From contig CM082585.2 of assembly GCA_040954595.2 (NCBI GenBank), positions 9,288,564 through 9,352,563 on the forward strand: a stretch of 64,000 bases of DNA. The letters run 5' to 3'. A program made the position numbers and the translations under genes. Shown here in pieces: positions 26,473 through 39,200 of the stretch (position 1 is the stretch's first letter; every line of letters begins with the position of its first letter). The notes below the pieces were generated by a model. It was given only the letters and a program-made list of their open reading frames with translations, ran no database searches and was not told the DNA's origin. The stretch is from Balanoglossus misakiensis (taxonomy: Eukaryota; Animalia; Hemichordata).

Positions 26473-28458
26473 ATGGTAAGTTTCTAGTCTCTGTCGGCGC
26501 TTATTGCCATGGTGACGGTGGTCTAGGAGGTAGGCGAATTAACTCAGGTGTGCTGCATGCAAGCCATAGCCCCCCCCCCCTCCCCCTCCGATCCAATCAA
26601 TCGATCACGGCTGTACACAACTTTGACAAATGCGCACAGAACGGTGTTGTGAATGAGGCAAATTTCAAACACGCGTGAATGGTAGGCATAGCGGTCATTT
26701 GACCCTAAAGGCAATACAGTATCTATTGTTTCCGAAATCGTTGTGTAATTGGACCGAGGATTACTACACTGTGATAATAGACTGCTGAAACAGGGGGGGG
26801 GGGTGTGCTGCGTTTCTAGGGGAGCGCGGTATACCTACCGGACGCGGTCGTCCTATCATGTTTAGTGGGATGTGCACATAGAACATTTAAAATCGAAACA
26901 ATTAAGGAAAATTCAAAATTTCGACATGCATATGTGACCAGGTTGGTTAATTTACCCTTGATCGACATCCATGGTACTTCTGTTGTATTCTCTAAATGCA
27001 AGCCTTGTCAACAGCGACAACCGTAAACACAAACCTTTTGTTATTTTTAGCAAATAGCTTTTTCTCGGCGGTGCCTATTGTTATCAGCAGGCTGATATTT
27101 TTTATTGCGCCTTTGAAAGCTTTGTTGTCGTACTTTCTTTTCAGACGGATTGTTCGCAACTTAGTGAAGAGACCATTGCAGGTATGACCTTTAACCTTCT
27201 GGGGACAGGTCACCATACTTGTCCTGTAGGTTTTCTATGGCAACGTAACTGACATTTTTGGATTTTCGTTGTTGTTGTTTTTTATATTGACTTGATATAC
27301 TAGACCTTCGTCCTTTGTTTATTCAATGGGAATATTCGTTTCGGATCCCATGACGCAGACAGAGAAAGACACAAGACAGGCAGACAGACAGACAGATAGA
27401 TTGATAACTTATTGCATGTGCGTTTTTTTTTCAGAATACAAGGAGGGGTTTAGTTTTTTTGACAAGAATGGTGACGGAAAGATCGACAAAGGGGAACTTG
27501 GGACGGTAATGAGGTCACTTGGTCAGAATCCGGCGGATCGCGAGTTGCAGGATATGATCGGTGAAGTCGACGCCGACAGTTAGTACATTCTACGTCATTG
27601 TAGGCACCTAACATAACTGATCAAGAGGATATCACCGTGTTGTGTATAGACTGGAGAAACAAATTTTATTGAAATTCAAATCTGTGTTATGCATACACGG
27701 GAGGTATTGATTTTCTCGACAACAGATTGGTAAACCCTGTCGAAATAATTCTGTGTAGGCTTAGAGTCGACGGATTGAGTTGGCAATTGGTTTGGTTGGG
27801 CGCCCCCACTCGACTGAAACACTAAAAGAATTATTATTAACTGTCAAATTTAAACGCCCTTTCGAAAGTAAGACCAAAGGATGGTTGGAGTCACAAACCT
27901 GCTGCGTTATTTTAATTCTACAGGAAGCGGGGCGATCGAATTTAATGAATTCATTATGTTGATGGAGAAATATGCCAGTCCTGACACGGAAGCGGATCTG
28001 AAAGAAGCTTTCAAGATGTTCGACAAAAACGGCGACGGGCTCGTGAAAGCTAATGAGCTGAAGGTTGTACTCACAAGTCTCGGAGAGAAACTCACGATCG
28101 AGGAAGCACAGGAGATGATCGACGAAGTCGACATTGATGGAGACGGGAACATTAATATTGACGGTAATGCACCCCAAAGGGCTGCAGGGAGGGGTTCGTT
28201 GGATGGAAGGACGGAGCTAAGGGAGGGAGGGAAGGGGGGGGGGGGGCAAATGATGGATGGATGGATGGATGGATGGATGGATGGATGGATGGATGGATGG
28301 ATGGATGGATGGATGGATGGATGGATGGATGGATGGAAAGGTGGCACTGTTCAGAATTCACCTGGTTTCATTGAGGTGGATGTTTATAACTATATTGCTA
28401 ATGCCATATTTCTTTCATCTTTGTAGAATTTATCATCATGATGTCACAAAAGAATTAA
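26473..28458 (+). CDS. Calmodulin-like protein CaML4
   Basis: ATG-only first coding exon (ATG 26473-26475 then GTAAGT, as in classical calmodulin genes), then 27145-27181 ([12 protein letters not shown]), 27435-27578, 27924-28163, 28427-28458. Loops [48 protein letters not shown]. Ends [10 protein letters not shown]. Confidence 0.9.
28253..28336. repeat. (ATGG)n microsatellite in the last intron of CaML4
   Basis: atggatgg... run after a poly-G tract; it explains the MDGW/HPSI ORFs. Confidence 0.9.
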
Positions 28459-29283
28459 TCGGATTACCCACAATGTCTTTACAAGTAGCCTTCGCCTGAA
28501 GTATATTTCCGTCATCGATGAAAATCGTCGCAAGATAATCGTCAGAAACTAGAGACATGAGTGAAACTTTAGTCTGTGGTCCGGCATAGCCACCGTATGC
28601 CTGCCTCTAAGCAGAATCAATCAATCAATCAATCAACCAACCAATCAATCGAACAAAACAAAACTCACAGGGACAGAAGATATTATTTGTTCAGTTTTCA
28701 TCCGACAGAAATAGTTTTGTAACCAGTTTCTTGTTCTACCCACTGCATCGAGCCCATTGTTGATTTTTGTCGACAATTAAATATGTGTCCGGTCTTATTG
28801 AAAATTATCTAGTTTCAAGTAGTGATCCAACGATAAAAGATAATTTTATGCTGTACGAGGAAAAAAATCAACTCTGGAATGAACTCCTGCGCATTTTCAC
28901 CACCAGACAACCGAGGGGCAATATTTTTTATGACCAAAACAAGCTCACGTTAATATTGTAAATAAGTCCATTATATTTCGACATGTCTTTAAAATAAAAA
29001 AAATAAATAAAAAACATTTCTTTACAAATGTATGTGTGCAACTGTTGAATTTTTTTTTGTTCGAAGAAGAAAAACGCACATGGTATATGAAATTTCTCTA
29101 TCTATCTATCGTTCTGTCTGTCTGTCTGTCTGTCTATCACTGCGTGTGTCTCTATTCTCTACCTCTGTCTATGTATGTTGATAGATGAGTCGATCGATTG
29201 TTACAAACCAGCAACGTGTGTATAAAGTGTTCGTGTGTTGCTATCGGGTGCACATGCGCAAAGGCTGCATAGAAAAAAAATTG

Positions 29284-29293
29284 TATATAAATA
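29284..29293 (+). promoter_or_regulatory. TATA box candidate for CaML5
   Basis: TATATAAATA about 100 nt upstream of the ATG|GTAAGT at 29395. Confidence 0.5.
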
Positions 29294-29394
29294 CCGAGGC
29301 TCTGCCATCCCGCATCAGTAATTGTGCATGTGTGGCGTCTACATCGAAGGGTGAACCACGATCATTCGAACGTCAAGAGACCCACAGTCACAAA

Positions 29395-32299
29395 ATGGTA
29401 AGTCGCCAATCATTGAGAGTATTGTGACTTCCCTCGGCACTCAAGACAGGGCAGACTTTTCTAACCATGAGCAATTCGGATTTGTTGTAAACTTTGCCTC
29501 GTCATTACATCGTTTGTGACTGTCGAAATATATTGAACCATTTCATGTTCCGATTTCACAACATCGCGTTATGACTAAAACGACAACATGCCCGTTTCAG
29601 ATTAAGTTTACATCACGAAAAGAGGGTGGTTTGAATGATTTTACACATTTCTTGTGTAGGAACGTACTATGTTTTTGTAACTATGGTAACATGCGCGCCA
29701 GTTTGCACCATTCACGCAGAACCAAGTTGAACGTTATTTTCCGTCGTCAGCTTACATTCAGCGAGTTCATAAAGACTTTTGATTTCTCTTGTTTTCGTCA
29801 AGGTAAGGTCTCGGGGGAAATTTAAAAGGTACAAAGGTCTTGTTAGCATATAGTCACACGAAAGTCTATTAATCGGAGTAAAATTAAACAGCTTCGGTCA
29901 AACTTCAATGGCCAAGGTTGAGTTGGCGTTGTCATCTGCAATGTTGAAGTAAGATATATTGTGTTTTCGAGGAGACGCCCGGATTGTGTAACGCTTATTG
30001 ACAGGCTATTTGTCCAATTTGTAGTCTGACGACTACATTTAATTATTACAAAAAGCAACACTACTGATGAAATGATCCTTTCTCTTTTATCACCAAAAGG
30101 CTAATTCTAAGATATACAGGACAATTTTGATTTGGAAATTCAGCTCTATCGGTCTCGTACATTGGACCAACTACTTTTTTTGAGGGACATTAAAAGCTAC
30201 CCTTCTCCTTGCCGATAACTGTGCTTCTTGATTGAGATCAAGGGACATCCAATCAAGCGAGAAATTACCTCTGAGAGTACTTTTAATAAGACCCTTCGAC
30301 CGGAGATGTTTTGTATGCCTGTTCTTTGGAGGCATTCGTGGTCTTCAGACATTCAAAGGACTCGAACAATGGTTATCTTTCAGTCTTATGTGTTATTTGT
30401 ATCTGTGGCGATGTCGCGTCATTCACTGCCCCTACGTGATTTATATTGTATTAACTTTTATCTTATTTTAAAATTAATACTGTGTCATTATGAACCACAC
30501 TGAGACATGCAAACACATTTCATTTACATCTTGAAATGTCATAATTATGGTATGTTATACCATCCATGGTTATACAGGACCAGTGTGGTCTACACAGAAC
30601 TAAACAACAAACGTCGTATGTATAGGGTGAAGTAATGGGGGGTACAGTGGTAATCCTTGTTGAAAACGTCTTTATAAAAGTACAGTGTTGTTGGTGAAGA
30701 CATTTCTCATGTTTTGATAAATCGCATCGCCTGATCCAAAGAAAACAGGCATTATCGCGTTCGTTTCATGTACTATCTCGATTGTCTCGCTTGGTGTGAA
30801 AAGATGTTTCCCAAAGGCTGATGAAAGAGCCCTAACATCAAGCGGTTAAAACATTCGCTGGTTTGCGTAGCGACCAGTTGATGAATTACAATTAATGGGT
30901 ACGCGCGTGGTACAGGCGTAACATGCCGCGTCGCGGGGGGGGGGGGGGGGGGAGGGGTCAAACGGTGTTCGCAACACCTGGACTATGAACAAGTAACAGA
31001 ATAATAAATTCTGGGCAACAAATATTTTGAACGCTGGTGTTTCACACCTATGACACATACACCAAAATAGACGTTCGTGAGTGTAATATAAAATTTGCTT
31101 ACTTCTTTGAGAACATCTGGCGTCTGTTGTGCCATCTTGTAGTGGGGGCAATTCCTGACACACATTTCCTTCTTTCGTCATTCCAGTCAGCCACCGACCT
31201 AACGGAGACCCACGTCGCAGGTAAGAGTTGCCATGGAAACGTCAATGACTCTCGCAATCTCTGGTAATGTGCGGCTGTTCACTTTACCGCTATATCCTGG
31301 ACCATGAAAAAAAGATTACGGTGTTGATTGAGAAAAATTATACACAATTAAAAAAAAAATTAAAATCTTAAATTTCTAGTTTGGATTGTTAATTCTTTAA
31401 ATGTCCACGTGACTAAGTTTTATTTTTCTTCAGAATTTAAGGAAGCTTTCTCCTGGTTTGACCAAGATGGCGATGGTCATATAACCGTGAATGAGTTGGG
31501 TTTTGTGGTCAACGCTCTCGGAATGGAACTTTCGGGTCAGGAGATACAAAATATGATGGACTCCGTTGACGATGATGGTAATTAGTACATTTGCATACCT
31601 AATTGTCAATCATCACATTGTCTGCCTTGTGTGGTGTTGGTTTACTATCTTCGGTTTGTTGTTGCCCAGAAACACTTCACATGGACCACATGTTTACAAA
31701 GTTCTTATACATGGAGCGGAAAACGCTTCATGACAAATCTGGAACAGACGAACAATATTCAAACATTAAAGTATATTATTTCAGCTTTATAATTTACATT
31801 GTAGAACCCTCTTTTGTATCTTTTAGGCAACGGAACCATTTCCTTCCCAGAATTCCTCACGATGATGGCGAAGAAACTGAAAGAGGGTGACGAGGACGAA
31901 CTTTTGGAAGCCTTTCGCGTTTTTGACAAAGATGGCGGCGGCACCATCTCTTACGCTGAACTTCGTGGCGTCATTAAAAACTTGGGAGAGGATTTGACGG
32001 ACGAGGAAATTGATCAGATGGTGAGGGCCGCCGACGAGAATGGTGACGGGGAAATTGATTTTGAAGGTGGGTGCTGAGATGAGATGAGATGTCGTTGTAT
32101 AGACAGACTACCGTAACAATAATATCTGTCATGTACAAAGCATTTACGCCATACATACACGTGGACCCAGGATTGTAATGCGTTTTAACTCACCTGAACC
32201 CGTGGGTGTAAGGCAACAAAATTTCTTAAAATCTGCGACATCATTTTTGCACTTTTTCTTCTTTTAGAGTTCAAGGCCATGGTCGTACCCAAAGTATAA
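29395..32299 (+). CDS. Calmodulin-like protein CaML5 (short N-terminus)
   Basis: ATG-only exon 29395-29397, then 31187-31220 ([11 protein letters not shown]), 31434-31577, 31827-32066, 32268-32299. Loops [48 protein letters not shown]. Ends [10 protein letters not shown]. Confidence 0.9.
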
Positions 32300-33232
32300 C
32301 TGCCGTTCTAAATGTGAATGACGTCAGGCTGTGAAAGCTGTTTAGGCAACGCCATGGCTGAAGAACAACAGAAAAGACACTTGAGGAAACCGAATTCACC
32401 CGGACGATGCCGATCTGGTTCTCTTCAGTCCGATCCACAGTACTATGAAGAATTTACATTATTTTCAGATTTTGCTGCTTGTATGTCAGATATTCTACGT
32501 TGTACTTCAGTATATTTGTTTCCTTGCCTTAGGTTTTCCATTTACTTCTCGATTGGAACACCAGAAAACAGAATGACATTACTTCAATTTTCTGTCACTG
32601 CTAACATGCAATCAACGATCCAATCAGTCAATCAATCATTATCCAATTCGATTCAACTGGGGACGGATTTCGTTCGCCCGTAGAAATTAAAGCTTTGAGT
32701 GTTGAGTGGTCGTTGGAAACTGTAGTGATTTTATTTACATACCTGCACACATCGCTATATTGATCAAGCTCTCCTCTTGAAAGGTTAGGCCAGACTCCCA
32801 CTTGTTCGGCGCCAGGCGACAGCTTCGATCTGGTCAGTCACGAACTCAGTTGAACGGCATTGCAAGAGAGGGGTTGTAGTCCACTTTCCAGTGTTTGGAC
32901 GCTTACAAGGGACTCCTGTCTCAGGGTCTGCGGAGAAAATTGCATAGTCTGTATTTGACTTGTGTCTGTATACCGGCTATGGACTCTCGGATATCTATGT
33001 AACATTTTTTTAAACTGAAGCATTCCTTTCGGTCGGGCTCGAGCCTGCGGTCGTTCAGGAGATATTAGAGTTTGATCGGTTTGTTTGCTCAGGGTAATTT
33101 TTGTTGACAGTGGCTCGCAGCGTTACACCGCTGCCATATTTACACTAGCCAGTTCTCTGACAACTGGCACTTTTTAGTACTGGCGCAGGAGAAGACATTT
33201 TCCAGACGTGCACTAGCCGAGCAGCCATCACC

Positions 33233-35003
33233 ATGGACAGGAGGGTGACTCCGAACTACAGAAAGACTGTGACGGAGCCCTTCTGGAACGCGGCGGGCGA
33301 GTCGCCTCACCGCGCCCCGAGGCCACACACGACCCTGTCGTCTCTCCAATACCATGACGACGTGCCCGGCTCGGCGGAAGTTACCGATTTCGAGCAACTC
33401 ACGGCTGGTAAGGGATTCAAATCGTACTCGTTCAGAGGTTTTGGGTCACTGTGGTAAATTATACAGTTGATATCAATCGGACTTGGAATACGAATCGACT
33501 GGTTAAGACATAATTGGCTCAAATGGGATATATTTATTTATTGCTACACACCATAAAAGCAATCACTGGGTGCGTCAAGTCACTGACAAACAGGCACGAC
33601 GGCTGACCATATTTGCGCGTAACCTAGCTGTATTTTTTTTATCAAAGGCACAACAAATTATATACACATAAATAGTTGTAAGACAAACGACAGCTCTTAT
33701 CCTGGTATTTAACGTTTGTTTTATTTTTTTACAGAATTTAAGGAAGTCTTTTCCTGGTTCGACAAAGACGGCGATGGTCACATCACTGTGAAAGAGTTGG
33801 GTTTCGTGGTCGGCGCTCTGGGCATAGAGGCTTCGGCCGTGGAGATACACCACATGATGGCCGCTATGGACAAGGACGGTAATGTCATATAATTATCGAT
33901 ACGTTAGATAAGCCTGTGTGCAATATATTAGTCTGACGTATATACTGCCCAATTACTCAATACGGCGCGCAGGTTAAACACCTCGCCTTTAACCTATTCT
34001 GAGTCACGTGACATTGTAATGACATCTCAAATCTGCCGGACAGTACCAGAGACATCGGTAACCAAGCAACATGCACCTCGAACTTGAACGCCATATTGGT
34101 AGAGCAATAATTTTTGCAATGTAATGACTCTGGTCATCAATGAATTTAAAGCAAGGCTGGCGATTCTTTTTCGGTATATAGGTGACGCATATCTTGGACA
34201 CACCTTGAGGATTGCGTCGAGAAAAAAATGGGACAGTCTTATTTTTAGGAACGCCACTTGTAACCCAACCCCGCAGTGTTGTTCCATGTTTGCATTTGAA
34301 ACAATATAAGAATGGACCGTGCACCTAAGTGAATGTTTGTTCTGTACAATACTATTGCTGTTCCTAATACACTGACAAGTGCCGCTTCCCCAAGGCGCGG
34401 TGTGACAGCCCCAATCATGTGCCAAGCATTTTCAGTTCTCATCTATGACATTTTGTGAATTGTCGTCTATTACTTGAAGGCAAGGGAACCATCGATTTCC
34501 AAGAATTCCTGGCGCTGATGCTGAAGAAGGTGGAGCGGGGAGACGAGGACGAGCTGAGGGAGGCTTTCCGCGTGTTCGACAGAGACGGCCGCGGCACCAT
34601 CTCCTACCTGGAGCTGCACAGTGTCATTCGGAATCTGGGGGAGAACTTGACGGACGCCGAAATCGATCAGATGGTGCGGGCCGCCGACGTCAACAATGAC
34701 GGAGAAATTCATTATGAAGGTGGGTTGGAATTGTTTTCTGGAGTGGGAGGGCGAATACTGATCTACGAATCACGCAGCCGTCTTACCCAATTATACTAAG
34801 CGCCACTGAAAACAAAGATTTTTTAAATTTGCATCAGCCACAGGTGGCGTTGAGAAAGTGTCACGTGGTACAGTGCTTGTTTGTTTTATCATGTTGATCT
34901 GCTACGAATATTTTAAAGTTAATATAGTGAGCAACGTGACCCCCTAATTCTTCATTCTTTTCCTTCAGAATTCAAAGCAATGCTTCTGCCCAAGATATTA
35001 TAA
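33233..35003 (+). CDS. Calmodulin-like protein CaML6 (long N-terminal exon)
   Basis: Exons 33233-33407 ([26 protein letters not shown]...DFEQLTA, phase 1), 33735-33878, 34480-34719 (AAG acceptor), 34969-35003. Loops [48 protein letters not shown]. Ends [11 protein letters not shown]. Confidence 0.88.
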
Positions 35004-35173
35004 GCTCCGGTGCCACACAGAAGTAGCTCACTGGTGGCGCCCTCGTACCGTTCTGTACGTCACAGAGTCGGAGGACTCAGATAAGCTTTAAAGACAAGAC
35101 TGGATTACATCGCCTATATCATCTGTGAATACCTTGTTTCATCCGCTGAACTTTCCGCAGCCGATGTCGTGTT

Positions 35174-35890
35174 TTAAAGGTACATGGTCACCAGTGCAAA
35201 TGTAGAAACAGATACTATGGAAAGTGCAGATCTGGCCAATCGTAGATTTTCACTTGGTAGCCACACGAAAAAGTATGCACACACATGGTCTTTAGGGGAA
35301 TTACAATACAGCCCTTTGAACCATACATGGCCATATGCAAATTATAGATAACTGCGACGGTAAGCACATGCATTTATATATAGAGAGAAAGAGCCTGTCG
35401 TGCCGTGAAGTTCGTGTGAACAGCGCCACTACCGGGCAAATTTAACATTCTGTTGTTTAACAAAGAATTCACAGTGGATGCGGAACTGACATTTCAGTGA
35501 ACTTCAAAAATGAATCATTTCCAATAAAATACTTTTAAATGAGAGATTCTGCGCATATTTCGCTGTAAAGGCAAGATATTTATGGTAAAGAATTCGTATG
35601 ATGTTGTTTTCCTGTTTGCGATTTTGAAGAAGATAAATAGGGGACTTAAATTTGAAAACATTCATTTCTAAAAGTATTAGAAGTATATTTTAATACTGGC
35701 ACAGCGACACTGAGTGTTGTTTATGCGTCGGTTAAATCATTCTTCGGTTTACATAAATCAGTGACAAATGATCTGATTTATAATAATTTAGGTCGACCCC
35801 CCCCCCAGCACTATAAAAGGACGGACCCTTATGGAACGCCTCATTAATCGAACAATAGATCTAATAGTACACCAGTGACCGTGACTTACA
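35174..35890. mobile_element. Possible decayed Kolobok-like insertion between CaML6 and CaML7
   Basis: The left end TTAA|AGGTACATGGTCACCAGTG has only a degenerate inverted match (TACACCAGTGACCGTGACTT) near 35868-35887; no clean right TSD. Confidence 0.25.
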
Positions 35891-36288
35891 ATGCCCACGC
35901 TATAAATATATATAGGTCAATGAAGGTCACAGGATCCTACCGGCTTACTCCAAACCTTCGTGATCACTCGGAGAACAATAAGAAATTGTACATTTGTTAA
36001 AACGGTGACGCGTGTATCTGTGTTTCAAATCTGGCAGCTCGAATTTCACTGTGTTCAGTGCACGGCTTGTGTATATATGCACTGTCCTTTTTCATGTCGA
36101 CAGTGATTTCGTGTATTTAATAGCGTCAGGTGAGTTCACGCATGCGCACAGAGCCGCGCTGTTTGTAGTATAACACAAGCATACCGCTGTTGTCCGGATC
36201 ATTCTGTATTTGCTCAAGAGTCCCTACTGTAGCGAGGCAGTAACAACCGCATATCCTTCCGGTGATCAGAGATCCCCGAATCACAAAA

Positions 36289-39200
36289 ATGGTAAGTTTG
36301 TGCTCTAAGTCAGCTCCGAAATTCCGTATTTTTTGTTCAGCACGCGAAGGGTTTTTGTTCTGACGAGGCCGCTCAGGTATACGGTACAACGCCGCTCTGC
36401 TTTTTTATAGCATAACAGAATGAACGTGGGATTTTTATTCTACGTGCCGTTACCGATCCTTTATCTCTGTCCCTCTGAGTTATGGGGATGACAAGAGATT
36501 ATCTGTGACGCGGTGTACACGCGGCAACACCCTTCGCTACCAAATACTGTCAGTTGTCTGTGTTTAAAATCATTGAGAGAACGGAACGGGGGCCGGGGCA
36601 CCGGGTGACGGGCGCGTTTGAACGGTTCCCCGACTCCAACTCGTATAGCGCCGGAGACGCGGCCCACGAACGCCGTTCAGTGAGACCGTAGCAACGATGG
36701 TAACTGAATATTCATAGAAACGAAATCATACACACCACCACATCGGTAACTGACAACGTTCAAGTATACGTATAATTCCTTTCAGCTAGGTATTATTTTT
36801 TCTCACAAGCTGAAATGCACACGACTCAGACACCTCAGGGCCAACAATGACAACGTGTATGGCGTCAAGTACATGTATGCGGTTTAGTGACCTTGGATGG
36901 GCCACTTTGTGACGTAACGGGTCCAAGGCGGAGTCTTGAAGTCATTTTTGCGTCTCTGTTTTTGCACTGGCCATAATTTTTATGTCGACAGGAAATGTCC
37001 AGGCTGATGACGTCAAAACGGACAAGTGAATCGAAGGTTTATAGTTCTGACGTAAAGGTTTAAATGCGTTCTTAAAGGTGTATGTCAACATATTATTTTC
37101 AAGAGGCCTACCGCTATACGTTTCTCAAGAAAGTTTCTTCTTGACTACATATACACTGCGATTGTTACACGTTCAGAAATTAAAGTCACGAAAATGAACG
37201 CCTCTGTAAACACGGCGAATTTTCTCATTCATGAGCTTTGCCTTATATCACGTTTTCTTCTTGGATCAAATAAAAGCACAAACCCTTTATATAACTGCAT
37301 GCGATTGCAGGACGTTCGTAAACAGAATCGGATTTCATACACATGTACAACAAAGCATTTGGAAACAAAGCTGTTTATCAAAGCGTACGGTATAAAGGGG
37401 CATAGTTGTCTTTTGTGGAGAACGTCTTTACAAAGGTAAGTATATGGTTTGCCGATCTCTTTTCTTTCCTTTAAAATAAATTGCCTCTTTTGTCCCAAAA
37501 AAACAATCTCGCGTTTTCATCACCTGAACGCTCTTCATTGTGGTGATTGACAGACGCTGTCACACCCGATTGGCTGAAATCATCTTGGAAGTGAAAATCA
37601 CAAAGTCGTCGTATGGATAAACAAAAATTAGATGATTTGCCAAAACAGAATTTCAGAACAGGGTAGCGTTCAGTTTTATTTTAACCTACGTACTCGTAAA
37701 TTTGGGAGTCCGTAAGTCGCCGATGTTCTTTTCAAAGAAAACGCCCCCCCCCCCCTCCGTTCGTAAGGTTATGGCGTTATAACGGTAACGACGGGTTTTC
37801 GAGTGGTGCTATGTTGTATAAATTACAATATGGTTTTCGGGCTCCCCTCGTTGCCGATAGTGACAGTATGTCTAACACTAAACATGGATTAATGTCGTCT
37901 TTGGACTGGTCGATTGCTGGCAACTGATTAGCCGGCTCAAGAGCCAACAGCGTGTGCAACACTGCGTCGCTATGGCAAAGTGTATTTTATAAATACTCGA
38001 TCATTCAGGTGGGATTTGCTTTTAAGCCGCACGCGCGTGAGAACGGTTTTGAGTGTTCACTTGAGTTATCCATCCGTAAATGGACGAATCATATATGTGT
38101 ATGATTTATGACATGACTGACACGATTGACAAATCAATCAATTAATCGATCGTCCACCTTACCCACCCACCCACCCAATTAATCAATCAGACAGTAATAC
38201 ACTTTGCCCCTAAACTTCAGTACAAAGGTATCATCAATGGCGCGTTTCAAGGTAAGTTGAACATGAGCTCATCGCGACTGACCAACCTTTGTGTATTTGC
38301 AACCTCAATATCAGGACGATTATTACAATGATCAACAGGTTATTTCAAATTTTGCTTTCCGATTCTCATGCTCCCCGCCCAATATATCATTGTCTGACTG
38401 ACCCCAATTCTTTTTTACTCGCCACCTGTCAATTCGTGTCTCGCGTTGTCAATCTCAATATGTATACTCAACCTGACTGTCCGGCGGTTGCAGCTGTTTT
38501 AGGGATGTCCGTACCAGACTGAGTGACGTAGTCGATGCTTTTGTATATGTCCCTGTCCATTTTGTGTTAATAAAGTATGGCCACTTTATTCTTTAAAAAC
38601 AGACGTGTTGGCTCTCTGTGCGGATCAGAGCACTGGTGGTGGTTTTGCCGAGCAGAGAATTCATAATGTATTTTTCTCTCCATTTTGTCATTTCAGTCCG
38701 CAAATCAGCTGACGGAGGATCACATTGCCGGTAGGTATTAAATGTCTAATATTTCCTTCCAACACCACACCGGCGCCATATTTGCACTTTGTCAGTTTGC
38801 GACCTGGAGTTGATCATTGACAAAATGTCGTCTGCTCCGGTACGTACGCGTGCAGAACGAGAGCAAACTGGCGCGGCGATAATTTCGGGGCGATGATACT
38901 CCGTATTTGAATGCCAAAACCCTAACTATAGCAAATGAATAGAAGGCAGAGAGGCCATCTTGTTCTGGAGACCATAAAAAAACGTGACTGCAATCGCGTT
39001 ACACTATCAAGTATATGAGAGGTAATATCTGCTCACCTGTTTCGTGGCCTGGCGGGACTTACTTCGGCAAACTGGAAGGAGTGTCGGTTTCTGTCTGCAG
39101 GAAGTCCTGAGCACACGTAGCCTCCTCCCCCGCCGAGTTCTCCAAAATCTTCGACCAAACAGTCATCTTCTTCAGCATCTCCACGTTTTGCTGCTTCCCA

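Noticed and set aside
27881-28499. ORFs with MDGW/HPSI repeats
   Set aside because: Read-through of a real exon into an intronic (ATGG)n microsatellite.
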